Positions 31,930 through 42,200 of a stretch of DNA of 64,000 bases are shown here, piece by piece. Location: NCBI GenBank assembly GCA_918797485.1, contig CAKKNE010000003.1:806001-870000 (forward strand), written 5' to 3'. Numbering within the stretch: position 1 is the stretch's first letter; each line of letters begins with the position of its first letter. Position numbers and translations under genes: made by a program. The stretch is from Pelagomonas calceolata (lineage: Eukaryota). Below the pieces are notes generated by a model. It made no database searches. It worked only from the letters and a program-made list of their open reading frames with translations, and had not been told where the DNA came from.

Positions 31930-34900
31930 ATGTCAGGGTTCGAGCTGCCCGTTTTAATCGCGGCCGGCAGCGCCGCTGCCAGCGCCGCCAAACCGTACTG
32001 CAAAAAACTTGCTGAAAAAATACAAGAGTTCGTCTTGAAGCGGGCTGAAAAGGAGGTAGACGAGCGCGTCTTCCGCAAGGGCGAGAAAGCCGAGTTCGAG
32101 AGCGGGCTCAGAGACCTCGCAGGCCTTCTGGAGAGCGTGGTGTCGAATCCGGCGGTCGACGACCCATCTGTCAGGGACATGCTGGATGGACTCGGAAAGT
32201 CGATCAAGGTCGCCGCGGACGCGAAATACACAGAGGGACGCGAAGATGCGCTAAAAATTATTGACCAGCGCAAGAATAATTTGATGCTGGCACTTCTCAA
32301 CGTGACGTCCGCGAGGGTGCTGACGTCCGCTGGCAGAGATGGACAGGGCGGAATTGAAACGCTTTACACGTATACCGGGATTCCCCCGAGCAAGAGCGCG
32401 TCTTTCCTCGGTGGTGGCGCCTTTGCTACGGTGCACACGATGCGAAATGCGGGCGACAAGCTGATCTACGCGGTGAAGCTGACCATGATTAAGGGGGCAA
32501 CGCAGAAGGGCATTACCGTGGAGAAGCTCCGGGAGGAGGCCGTGCGGCTTCACTCGCTGAACCATTTTAACATCGTCCGCTACTACGCGGCCTTCACCTT
32601 CAAGGACGACTTCGACTACTTCGCGATAGTAATGGAGCACTTGACCGGTGGCTCGCTGCTAGATCGTCTAGAGAAGACCACCGGCGCGCTCACGAGCGAC
32701 GAGGCCCCCGACACCGCGAAATGGGCTCGCCAGGTCGCGTCGGCCCTCGCGCACATGCACGCGCAACGAATGCAGCACCGCGACCTCAAGCCCGACAACG
32801 TGCTCTTCAATGGGGCCGGCGACGCGAAAGTCATCGACCTCGGGCTCGCTATTGTTCTCAAGAAGAAGTCTAGGGTGTCGTCTAGGGGCGGCGCCAACGC
32901 CGTCGGCGCGCTGCTCTACCAGTCGCCGGAGAAAGCGCGCGGCGGCGCTTACGACGAGAAGGATGACGTCTGGGCCCTGGGTTGCATGCTCGCGGGAGCG
33001 GTGACGGGCCGGTCGCTCGAGGCACGCGATGACAAAGGGGCCGGCCTCCTCTCAAAGGACGAAACCAAAGTAAAGGAGCTAGTCCGCGAATCTAAAAGAG
33101 TGTCGCCCAAATTCGGCGGCCTCGTCGCCGAGATGCTCAAGTGGAATCCGAGGGCGCGGCCCACGGCCGCAAGCGTTGAAGAGTCGCTCCGGCTCGGGAA
33201 GCCGCTTTCGCCCGACGATGTTACGGTCGAGGAGACGCGCGACACGCCCAAGTCGACGAATAGCATCGTTAAGCGAATCTTTGGATGCTGTCTGGCTGAC
33301 CAGTCCGCGCTCGCCGAAGCGAAAGCCGGCAAGGAGAAAACGCAGCGCGAGGCGGCGGCGACTGCCGAAGCGAAACGGAGACGCGCTGCCGCCGAAGCCA
33401 AGGCCGCCGAGGCGGAACGAAAGCTTCGCGACGCCGAAGCAAAAGCCACCAGGGAAGGACGGCTTCGCGAGGCGGCGGCGGCCGCCGAAGCGGAACGGAG
33501 ACGCGCTGCCGCCGCCGAGGCCGAGCGGAGGCGCCGCGCCGCCGAAGCGGAGACCAACGAAGAGAAGCGGCAGCGGCTCGTTGCCGAGGCCAGGGCCGCG
33601 GAGGCGGAACGAAAGCTTCGCGTCGCCGAAGCGAGGGCCGCCGAGGAGCGGCGGCAACGTGCAGCCGAAGACGAAGCGGAACGGCAACGCCGGGCGAGAG
33701 TCAAAGCCGCCAAGGATGAAGAGGAGAAGCGACAGCGCCGCGCCGAAAAAATCGACCTGTCCAAGCTCGCCTTAGTGCGGACGCTGGAAGGGCACTCACA
33801 TGTCGTGCGTTGCGGCGTCCACTGTACTTTTGTGATGATGCGTCTTCGTCGTAGGTCAATTGCGTTGCGGTCTCTCCGGACGGGCGGCGCGTCGTGTCTG
33901 GGTCGACGGACCGCACGCTCAAGGTGTGGGACGTGGCGACGGGGAAATGCGTGGCGACGCTGAAAGGGCGATCTAAGATCGTGCATTGCGGCGTCCACTG
34001 TACTTTTGTGATAATCTGTCGTCGTTGCAGGTCCTTGGCGTTGCCGTGTTTCCGGACGGGCGGCGGGTCGTTTCTTGTGATGGGGGTGGTAATACGCCAG
34101 GAAGGCTCAAGGTGTGGGACCTGGCGACCGGCGAGTGCGTGGCGACGCTGGAAGGGCACTCGCGTTTCGTGCGTTGCGGAGTCCACTGTACTTTTGCGAT
34201 GATGTGTCTTCGTCGTAGGTCCATAGCGTTGCCGTGTTTCCGGACGGGCGGCGCGTCGTGTCTGGGTCGGACGACGAGACGCTCAAGGTCTGGGACGTCG
34301 AGACCGGCGAATGCCTGGCGACGCTGCAAGGGCACTCGGACAACGTGCGTTGCGGCGTCCACTGTACTTTTGTGATGATCTGGCTTCGTCGTAGGTCAAG
34401 TGCGTTGCCGTGTTTCCGGACGGGCGGCGCGTCGTGTCTGGGTCGTGGAAAGAGCTCAAGGTCTGGGACGTCGAGACCGGCGAATGCGTGGCGACGTTGG
34501 AAGGGCACTCTGACGGAGTGCGTTGCGGCGTCCGCTGTACTTTTGTGTTGATTTGTGTTCGTCGTAGGTCTTTGACGTTGCGGTGTTTCCGGACGGGCGG
34601 CGCGTCGTGTCTGCGTCGGGCGACGAGACGCTCAAGGTGTGGGACGTGGCGACGGGCGAATGCCTGGCGACGCTGCAAGGGCACTCGGATTTTGTGCGTT
34701 GCGGCGTCCGCTGTACTTTTGTGATGATGTGCCTTCGTCGTAGGTCCGCGGCGTTGCCGTGTTTCCGGACGGGCGGCGCGTCGTGTCTGGGTCGGAGGAC
34801 GAGACGCTGAAGGTCTGGGACGTCGAGACCGGCAAATGCGTGGCGACGCTGGAAGGGCACTCGTTGGACGTACGTTGCGGCGTCCGCTGTACTTTTGTGA

Positions 34901-35003
34901 TGATCTGGCTTCGGCGTAGGTCTATGGCGTTGCCGTGTTTCCGGACGGGCGGCGCCTCGTGTCTGCGTCGCGCGACAGCACGCTCAAGCTGTTCGCGTGC
35001 TAG
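31930..35003 (+). CDS. Helical N-domain, Ser/Thr kinase, coiled coil and 7-blade WD40 propeller; join 31930..33804,33855..33980,34031..34168,34219..34344,34395..34517,34568..34693,34744..34869,34920..35003
   Basis: Kinase motifs [31 protein letters not shown]. Seven 50-nt phase-0 GT-AG introns; the exons read [35 protein letters not shown] at 35001..35003. Confidence 0.92.
33805..35003 (+). repeat. ~176-nt tandem repeat made of a 50-nt intron plus a WD40 exon, 7 units
   Basis: Intron consensus GTGCGTTGCGGCGTCC(A/G)CTGTACTTTTGTGATGAT..GTCTTCGTCGTAG at 33805, 33981, 34169, 34345, 34518, 34694 and 34870. Confidence 0.95.
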
Positions 35004-35074
35004 GGCTCTAACTTCTAGTTGAGGCCACTCGCCATCGCCGCAGACACTCAGGCTCGAAACATAGACTTAGGAGA

Positions 35075-35740
35075 CTACTTCAGCCGCTCGATGAGCTGGC
35101 TCAGCTTGTTCTCGTCCGCGCCCGAGAAGCGCTCGATCTCCTTCCCGCCCTTGAAGAACACGAAGGTGGGCATCGACGAGACGCCGTGCGCCTGCGACAC
35201 GGGCTTCGCGGCGTCGACGTCGACGGCGTAGAAGCCGACGCCGCCGTAGCGGTCGGAAATCTTCGCGAACTTGGGCTTGATCTGCATGCAGGGCCCGCAC
35301 CACGACGCCCAGAAGTCCACGACGGTCAGCTTCGAGGATGCAATAGCTCTCTTCATCTCGGCCGCCGTCTTGATGGGCTTGACGCGGCCGCCCTCCATCT
35401 GCTTGAGGTCGTCGACGCTGATCGTGCGGCCGCCTCTACCTCTATTCATGCGCGACGCCTTCTTCGCCGGGGCCGCCGCGGGCGCCGCGGCCGACGCCTG
35501 GGCCGCGGCCGATGCGACGCCGTAGTTACCGCCGAACGCCGGGTCGAAGAATGATGCGATGAAATCCATGATCTTGCCGAGCAGCGACCGCTTCGGGCTC
35601 AGGACTTTGGCACCGGCGCCGCCGCGCAGGGAGAGCATGCAGGAGGTGAGCTTGCTTGGCCTCACGTGCAGCGCTGGCTTCGTTCTAGCAGCGGCCGCCG
35701 CAGCGATCGTGAGAAGACATAATGAGGCTGTCCGCATCAT
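35075..35740 (-). CDS. Thioredoxin with an N-terminal signal/targeting extension
   Basis: DFWASWCGPC, MPTFVFFKGG; hydrophobic N-terminus; LSLRGG motif. Confidence 0.93.
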   Translation of the reverse strand: MMRTASLCLLTIAAAAAARTKPALHVRPSKLTSCMLSLRGGAGAKVLSPKRSLLGKIMDFIASFFDPAFGGNYGVASAAAQASAAAPAAAPAKKASRMNRGRGGRTISVDDLKQMEGGRVKPIKTAAEMKRAIASSKLTVVDFWASWCGPCMQIKPKFAKISDRYGGVGFYAVDVDAAKPVSQAHGVSSMPTFVFFKGGKEIERFSGADENKLSQLIERLK

Positions 35741-36095
35741 AAATGGCTTGCGTTTTGATGGCCTCGCCTGCCTTGTTGTGATGCTGCTGCAGCAACCAGG
35801 CCTCCGCGCGTCCCTGTGATTCCTCCTCTTCGGCCTTCGAGGGAATCGTAGAAGGGGCCTTTTGAATGGTAGATTTACCTTTGGGCATGCGGTGAACGTG
35901 CGGGTGCTTCAGGAGCTTTATTTTTGATCTCGAAAAAAAGGCCTATTGCGAGGCGTTCAGGGCAGTAGATTGGCGCCTCGCCGTCCTATCGCACCGGCAC
36001 AGACGTCTGTACTTGGCTGCAGCCGCTTGCGGCAAATCCGTACGCCGCGCAGACCGTATTTGGCAGCCTTTGTCCTTTCAGCAACTTCAGCAAGC

Positions 36096-36653
36096 ATGCC
36101 GGACCCAGTCTCAGTCGGGATCGCCGTCGGCGTCGCCACGGGCGCAGCCGCCATCGCGCAGTCGCGCCTGCAAGCCGCCCGCGACGCGAAGGCTGCCGAA
36201 CGCGACGCGTCGACCATCAGCGGGATCCTGAAGGAGATGTCGCTGACCACCTCGCGGGTCCGACAAGGGACCTCAGCGGCCTACGGCCGCCTGGCGAGCG
36301 GCTCGACGCCGCGGCGGCCGAGTTTGACGCGGCGGCCGTCGGCGAAACGGGTACCTATCTTTTCGTACGGCGAAATAGCTGGTTTGAGCGTGCGGTTGCC
36401 TGCCGACGGCAAAACATGTGGACCAAAGGGGTTGCTCGTCACCGACGCGCTGCGTGGCCAGTGGGCGCACCAGTGCGGCGTTCAGGCCGGCGCGCGTTTG
36501 ATCGCGATCGACGGCACGCGCCTCGAGGGCCTCGACGCGGCCGAGATCCGGTTGGCCGCGTCCAGGGCGTCGCGGCCACTCTGGCTCGACGTCCAGCCCG
36601 GCGGGCACGCGCCGACCGGCGACGCGCTGTCCGGCGCGCACCTGCTGCTGTGA
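36096..36653 (+). CDS. Small PDZ-like domain protein
   Basis: GLLVTD..RG.WA..CGVQAGARLIAIDG..L. Confidence 0.6.
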   Translation: MPDPVSVGIAVGVATGAAAIAQSRLQAARDAKAAERDASTISGILKEMSLTTSRVRQGTSAAYGRLASGSTPRRPSLTRRPSAKRVPIFSYGEIAGLSVRLPADGKTCGPKGLLVTDALRGQWAHQCGVQAGARLIAIDGTRLEGLDAAEIRLAASRASRPLWLDVQPGGHAPTGDALSGAHLLL

Positions 36654-36722
36654 CGCGCGCGATGTCCGAGGCGCTAGAGCGCCGCCGCGTGCGATAAGTA
36701 TATGTAGTAAACAACATTCTCC

Positions 36723-38762
36723 TTAAAACACGCTCCGCGGGAACAGCATCCCGATGAGCCGCGGGCGCCGGTCCAGCCGCTCGTCAGTCTTCAAATTGAC
36801 GTAGTAGAAGCGCCGGCCGTCCCAGCGTTTTCTATAAGTCCGCGCCAGCTTCTGGCGCACGCGGTCGCGGCCCATCCTTCCTCGACACGCTCTTTGGATG
36901 ATGGTTGCGTTCTGCGCCCAGATGTAGTCCCTTTTGGATTCCGCGAACAAGTCGGAAGGTAAGACGCCCGCCCGCACCAGCGACACATGGTTCTCGTAGG
37001 AGCACTTCTGGAGGAACCAGTTCTGGTCCATCCAGGCCGGTAAGGTGTCGTATTCACAAAACTCGTCGATGATGCCTTCGACCGTGAGCTCGACGATGGG
37101 CTCGACGCACTTCTCGACGCCGTCGTTCGCGAGCATTTCGAAGCGCAGACCCGTCGACTTCACGTAGTCGCCGAAGTAGCGGTTGACGTGCTGCTGCATC
37201 TTTTCATCCGCAAATTCGTCCAGGACTTGATCCACGACGATCGACGCGAGCTCGTCTCCAACCAAGGAACGCCAGGCCTTCAACATGCGTTTCGATTTGT
37301 GGTGCTTGATGCGAAACACCAAATGGCGAGCTCTTATAGTTCTCAAGATGCACCGGTGCCAGTGGCCCAGGGCCATGCGTAGAGGCCGTTGCCTTCCCGA
37401 CTCGAGCCGGAGCTGGACGATGGGCGCCCATCTCCTCCTGGTATTGACGCCCCTCATATGTTTTTGTATTATCGTAGAAGCGCGGTCGCGTCGTAGTCTA
37501 TAAACGGGCGCGTAGAACCACCACATGCGCTGCCATTTTATCGCAGCATCGTTACAAAGGTCCCGGAACGTGCTGCCCGCCTTTGGGCCCAGGGCATTAA
37601 ATTCATCTTCTGAAAAGGGCACGCCGTACCTCGCCACCAGCTCCACATAGACCTGGTAGTCCGCCCGCTGCACACGCGCGTCATGAGCCCGGAACGCGCA
37701 CCTACTATAACCATCTTCAAAGGCCATGGCCTCGGTCTCGGCCATCCTTCTGTGCCACAGTCTTCTTTTTAAGTAAGCATCCCAGCTCCCCGTCTTGAGG
37801 GCGAGTTTCGCCATCACTAGGTCGGTCTCCGGCCGTAATTTGCCCGACAGCCCACCGCCCAACGGCGGCAGCTCCTTCGCATCCACCGTTTTACGCCAGG
37901 GTCTAGCCGCTCTTTCTCTGGCGGCCTCCTTCCGCCGCGCGTCGTACATGGCCCTGACCGTGGCCTCGCACCGTCTGATTTCTCGATCGCACGTCGCCAC
38001 GAGCACATACGTCGCCACGGGCGACGGTTCGCTCAGCGAGTACTTTTGCGAGGGCAGCATGGCCTTCTTCGCGACGAGGTGCTCGCAGTCCTGGACGAAG
38101 GACCGCCGCTCCCTCCGCAGGTTGCCTTCGAGCGAGGCGAGCTCCCGCAGTTCCGACCGGGGCACGATGGCGTAGCCCTCATCTCTCATTCCTGACACGG
38201 GCGTCATGAGGAAGGCCCGCGACGCCTTTTGGGCCGTTTCTTTTTCCTGGCCTAATGTATTAAAGAGCCCGCCGCCCTCGAAGCGCCGGAAGTCCCTCCC
38301 CAGACTATCTTCGCGCGCTAACCCAAAGTCGTCATCAGAATCACCAAACAGCCAGGCCGCCTTCTTCTCGACGGCGCGCGGCGCCCAGACGTCCGTGATC
38401 GTCGTGTCGCGCGTGACAGGAAACATTTCTAGGGGAGACGGCGCGGCGAAGCGCACCTTCTTCTGCTGCAACGGCGGTTGGATGGACGTCCGCCGCGGCA
38501 CGATCGACCGGCGCATCGTCGGCGGGACGTCGGGCTTGATGACCGTTAATGGTGTCGGCGACGCGTAGCGCGACGCGGCCATGCGCGCGCCGACGGCGAG
38601 GACCGCATCTGGTAGTTTTGTCGAGCGCCACTTGCGCGTGTCCTCGTAGCCGGGCCGCCTTGTCCTGTAAATGGAGGCCATGCGCCGCGCCTTCACCGTC
38701 GCTCTATCCGCATAGGCGGCCTGGAGCTCCGCATCGCGGCCTAAGCCATCACCAAAACCCAT
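36723..38762 (-). CDS. IQ-motif protein with a C-terminal WW-like segment
   Basis: IIQKHMRG, IIQRACRGRMGR, WDGRRFYYVNLKT; ATG at 38762. Confidence 0.7.
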   Translation of the reverse strand: MGFGDGLGRDAELQAAYADRATVKARRMASIYRTRRPGYEDTRKWRSTKLPDAVLAVGARMAASRYASPTPLTVIKPDVPPTMRRSIVPRRTSIQPPLQQKKVRFAAPSPLEMFPVTRDTTITDVWAPRAVEKKAAWLFGDSDDDFGLAREDSLGRDFRRFEGGGLFNTLGQEKETAQKASRAFLMTPVSGMRDEGYAIVPRSELRELASLEGNLRRERRSFVQDCEHLVAKKAMLPSQKYSLSEPSPVATYVLVATCDREIRRCEATVRAMYDARRKEAARERAARPWRKTVDAKELPPLGGGLSGKLRPETDLVMAKLALKTGSWDAYLKRRLWHRRMAETEAMAFEDGYSRCAFRAHDARVQRADYQVYVELVARYGVPFSEDEFNALGPKAGSTFRDLCNDAAIKWQRMWWFYAPVYRLRRDRASTIIQKHMRGVNTRRRWAPIVQLRLESGRQRPLRMALGHWHRCILRTIRARHLVFRIKHHKSKRMLKAWRSLVGDELASIVVDQVLDEFADEKMQQHVNRYFGDYVKSTGLRFEMLANDGVEKCVEPIVELTVEGIIDEFCEYDTLPAWMDQNWFLQKCSYENHVSLVRAGVLPSDLFAESKRDYIWAQNATIIQRACRGRMGRDRVRQKLARTYRKRWDGRRFYYVNLKTDERLDRRPRLIGMLFPRSVF

Positions 38763-39225
38763 GGCGCCGATGCTGCTGCCCTTGGGAGGAGTGCGGCCCC
38801 GCGCCGGCGTCCGCGCGCGAGCGCACGCGGCGCGCAAGCGGTGCGGTGGTTGCGGCTTTGTTTTGGGGGTCCAGGGCAGCCCCTGCTGGGCGTTATTGCG
38901 ATGGCCTCTCACAACAACCTCGCGTTAAGACGTGCGGGTTCCAAACCCACAGCCACCTCTCCGCGACCGCCCGAGCCTTCAGCTCGCGGCGGGAGGCCTC
39001 GGCGAGCGAGGCTCGCGCGGTGCCAAGGCAGCTTTTTGCTTTGGACAGGCAGCGCTAGGCGCGTCTCGGCCGCATACATACGCGAGGGGCAGCCCGAATC
39101 GATCAAGAGAGGCCTTTGGACGCGGCCTCGACGCGTGCAGGCCGCGCAGCGGCGCAGCCGCACCCCTGGGACTTGCCTCCAGGCAGCAGTGCCTCCACAG
39201 GGCAGCAGGGCGCGCCGCCGCGACC

Positions 39226-42200
39226 ATGATGGGCCGCCGGCCCCAGTCGTCGGACGGCAACGCCTTGTTCCATGCGGCCCTGCGGAAGCGGAACGAGGAC
39301 ATGTCTACAAGAGATTCTAGAGTTGTCCACAAGAGCGACGAGGACGAGAACCCGTTCCTCCCACCGCTGCCGCAGCACCGGCACATCGGGCGGAAGCGGC
39401 CGAGTGATGAGGCGGCGCTGAATTGTGATTTTAAGTACTTGCTGATCAGGCACGGGTCCTACGCGAAAGCTAGAAGCGCTTTACGTCAAGCGAGACAGCA
39501 GCAATACACGGACAAGATGAAACGGTTGGCCAAGGCCGAATCTGAAAGGCAGAAGGTCATCGAGGTGCAGCAGGTCATCAAGTTGTCGAACACCACGGGC
39601 CATCCTACGTTGACGAATCCGATCAGCAAGCAGATCGCGACGCGGAAGAAGAAGAACAAGCCCCCGCCGCCCCCGCCCAAGCCGAACTCGCGGGAGAATC
39701 CCCGCTCCAAGACCATCGCCGAGATGACGGACGACGAGAAGGCAGTCTTACAAGCGTCGAGGATGAAAGGCTTACAAAAAGAGCAAGCCGCAGCGTTGGC
39801 TCGTGACTTACAGCGGCAGCAGGAGGTGCAGCGCGCCTTCGAGGCCGTGGACGATGGCTCGGGTACTCTTAGTAAGAATGACTTCGAGGAGCTGCTTGAG
39901 AGCTTGGGTCTCGGTGCGCGACCACCGGATAAGGATGAAGGAGTACCTTCTCAATCTGTATTCAGAGTACGAGCCGACGAGTGGTGGGCCGCGACGGACG
40001 TCTACAAGGCCGGGAGGATCGGGATTGGGGAAGCGGTCAACGCGCTACCCGAGCGAATATATGCTGCATTGGATGAGGACAGAAAACAAAGGAACAAGAT
40101 CGTCGCTTATCGCGAATCGTTGTTGATGGAGGCCGAGGACTTCGACGCCGAAGAGGTCGCTGAAGAAGATTTGGATCCCATACAAAGAGAACTAAGGCGG
40201 CCGACGCTCCAGTACAAGCCCTTTGAGTTCATGAAGCTGGTCAAGGCGCCGCCGCCGCCGGCGTGGCGCGACGACGGCGGCGCCTGGGGTTCACCGGTAG
40301 AAGCCCCACCTCTACCCGAAGACGGAGCGAAACGAGAAGGCTACCTCGCGGTGCAGCGCCACGAATTGATCGTCGTGGAGCGAGGTCTCCAGTATTTACC
40401 GTTGTTTCTGGGGTCGACGTTGATGCAGCAACTAGGTGTTACGAAGATAAGCATGCCGCGCAACCGCATACGGGAGCTGCACTGCTTTGAACTCGCCCCT
40501 GCGGTCGGGTGTCGCTCGTTAATCATGCTTAAGGAGTTGAGGATGCCCGGGAATGGTTTGAGGTATCTACCGGACGACATTGGCCTACTGAGACAATTAA
40601 CATATGCAGATCTAGGAAGAAACTCCCTGACGCACCTACCCCAGTCGTTCATGGAGCTTGGAGAGACGTTGACGTTCCTAGACGTCACTCGTAATAACTT
40701 TAAAAGACTACCGGACGATATTGGCGAGCTCAAGGCCCTGCAGACGTTCCTATGTGCGGACAACATCCTGCAAAGATTACCGGCAACACTACCTCGCTTA
40801 CACGAGCTGCAGTACCTGGACATCTCGGGCAACGGTCTCGCGCATCTTTGTACCTTTGCGCCACTCGCGGAAGTCGCGCGGAAGTTCACGGCCGGTGAGT
40901 CTGATTGGGATTTCAGAAAAATTCCCCTCAGAAATGTTGCGTACTATGTCAACACGAGGACGGGCAAGGTCCAGAAGACCATGCCCCACATGCTGTCCTT
41001 AACTCAAAGGGAATTAGGACAGTTGAAGTTGGGCCGGAATTCGCGCAGTGACAAGCCTCCTGCTGGCGAGGTGCCGCCGCCGGATCCTTCCCTCATCACG
41101 TCCACCGTATCCTACAACCACCGGAAGATGTTGATCGCGTCTTTTGGAGTTGATGAGTGGACGGTGGACTGGAGTGATGCGGACGGTGCCATGGTCTATG
41201 AGTCTGCTGTTAACTCTGAACGTACTATAGAGATGCCTTCTTCTCTCGATAGATTGGGCCAGTTACGGTCACTCATTGATCTGAGATGCGACAATAATCA
41301 GTTGCGAGATTTACCACCCTCATTAGCTAATTTAAAAAATCTGCGGCTGTTCAGATGTCGAGGAAACTACATCCGCCGGTTGATGCCGGACACGGGCAAA
41401 TTACAAAGTCTACGTACTTTAGATTGTACCCAAAATGAAATGAGCCATCTACCGGCATCCTGTGGGAAACTACAAAGACTACAGTCCATGTCTCTGCAAT
41501 CGAACAGATTCGAGAAACTACCGCCTCTGATCGGTAAACTTACCGGTTTGAAGCGATTGATGCTCGGTAATAACGCCCTCGAAACATTACCGTATGAAAT
41601 TGGCTTTTTAACCTCGCTCCAGGAGCTGCAGGTGTTCAATAATCCTTTGATAGATCCGCCCTACGAAACGATATCTGATTTACCAGCCATGATGTGGGCC
41701 TGCCGCCAGAAGTACTGGGCCATATTGAACGGCCCCGTGCCCGTCGTGACGGCCCATCAGACGGGTGCGGGCGACGAAGTTTATGAGCCTGAGCCTGCCT
41801 ATAAGATCCGCATGGCTAGGAAAGTTGAGGAAGCGGCAGCGACTGGACGCTTAGAACTACAGCTCCAGGGCGTCTACGAGATACCAGGCGCGAAGTGCAT
41901 CGAACGAAACGCTAAGGGAGACGACAAGTGGGCGCACCCGCACCTCGAAGGTTTACGTGTCTTAAAGATGTCGATGAACCATTTCAAGCAGGCGCCGTTG
42001 TTGACCGAGTCTTTGGGCAATTTGCGAGTTTTATGGTTGAAGGCCTGCGAGATCAAGCAACTAAATGAGGACGTCGACAACCTGCAGAAGCTGCGCGAGT
42101 TAATTTTGGAAGAAAATGAATTGACAGAATTACCGCGCACGTTCCCGCGACTAAGGCAGCTGCAGCTGTTCAACTGCGCGCGAAATAACATCTACCACCT

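Noticed and set aside
33805..34919. CRISPR-like array (constant 50-nt repeat with intervening segments)
   Set aside because: The intervening segments are homologous WD40 exons, the repeats have GT-AG ends, there are no cas genes, and the context is eukaryotic.
33894..35022. Frameshifted WD40 pseudogene or several small ORFs
   Set aside because: Removing seven 50-nt introns gives one clean reading frame ending in TAG.
38932..39225. GTG/TTG-initiated N-terminal extensions in the ORF track (also at 6620, 11622, 35946, 56755)
   Set aside because: These are eukaryotic genes; a downstream in-frame ATG fits the domain or leader start better.
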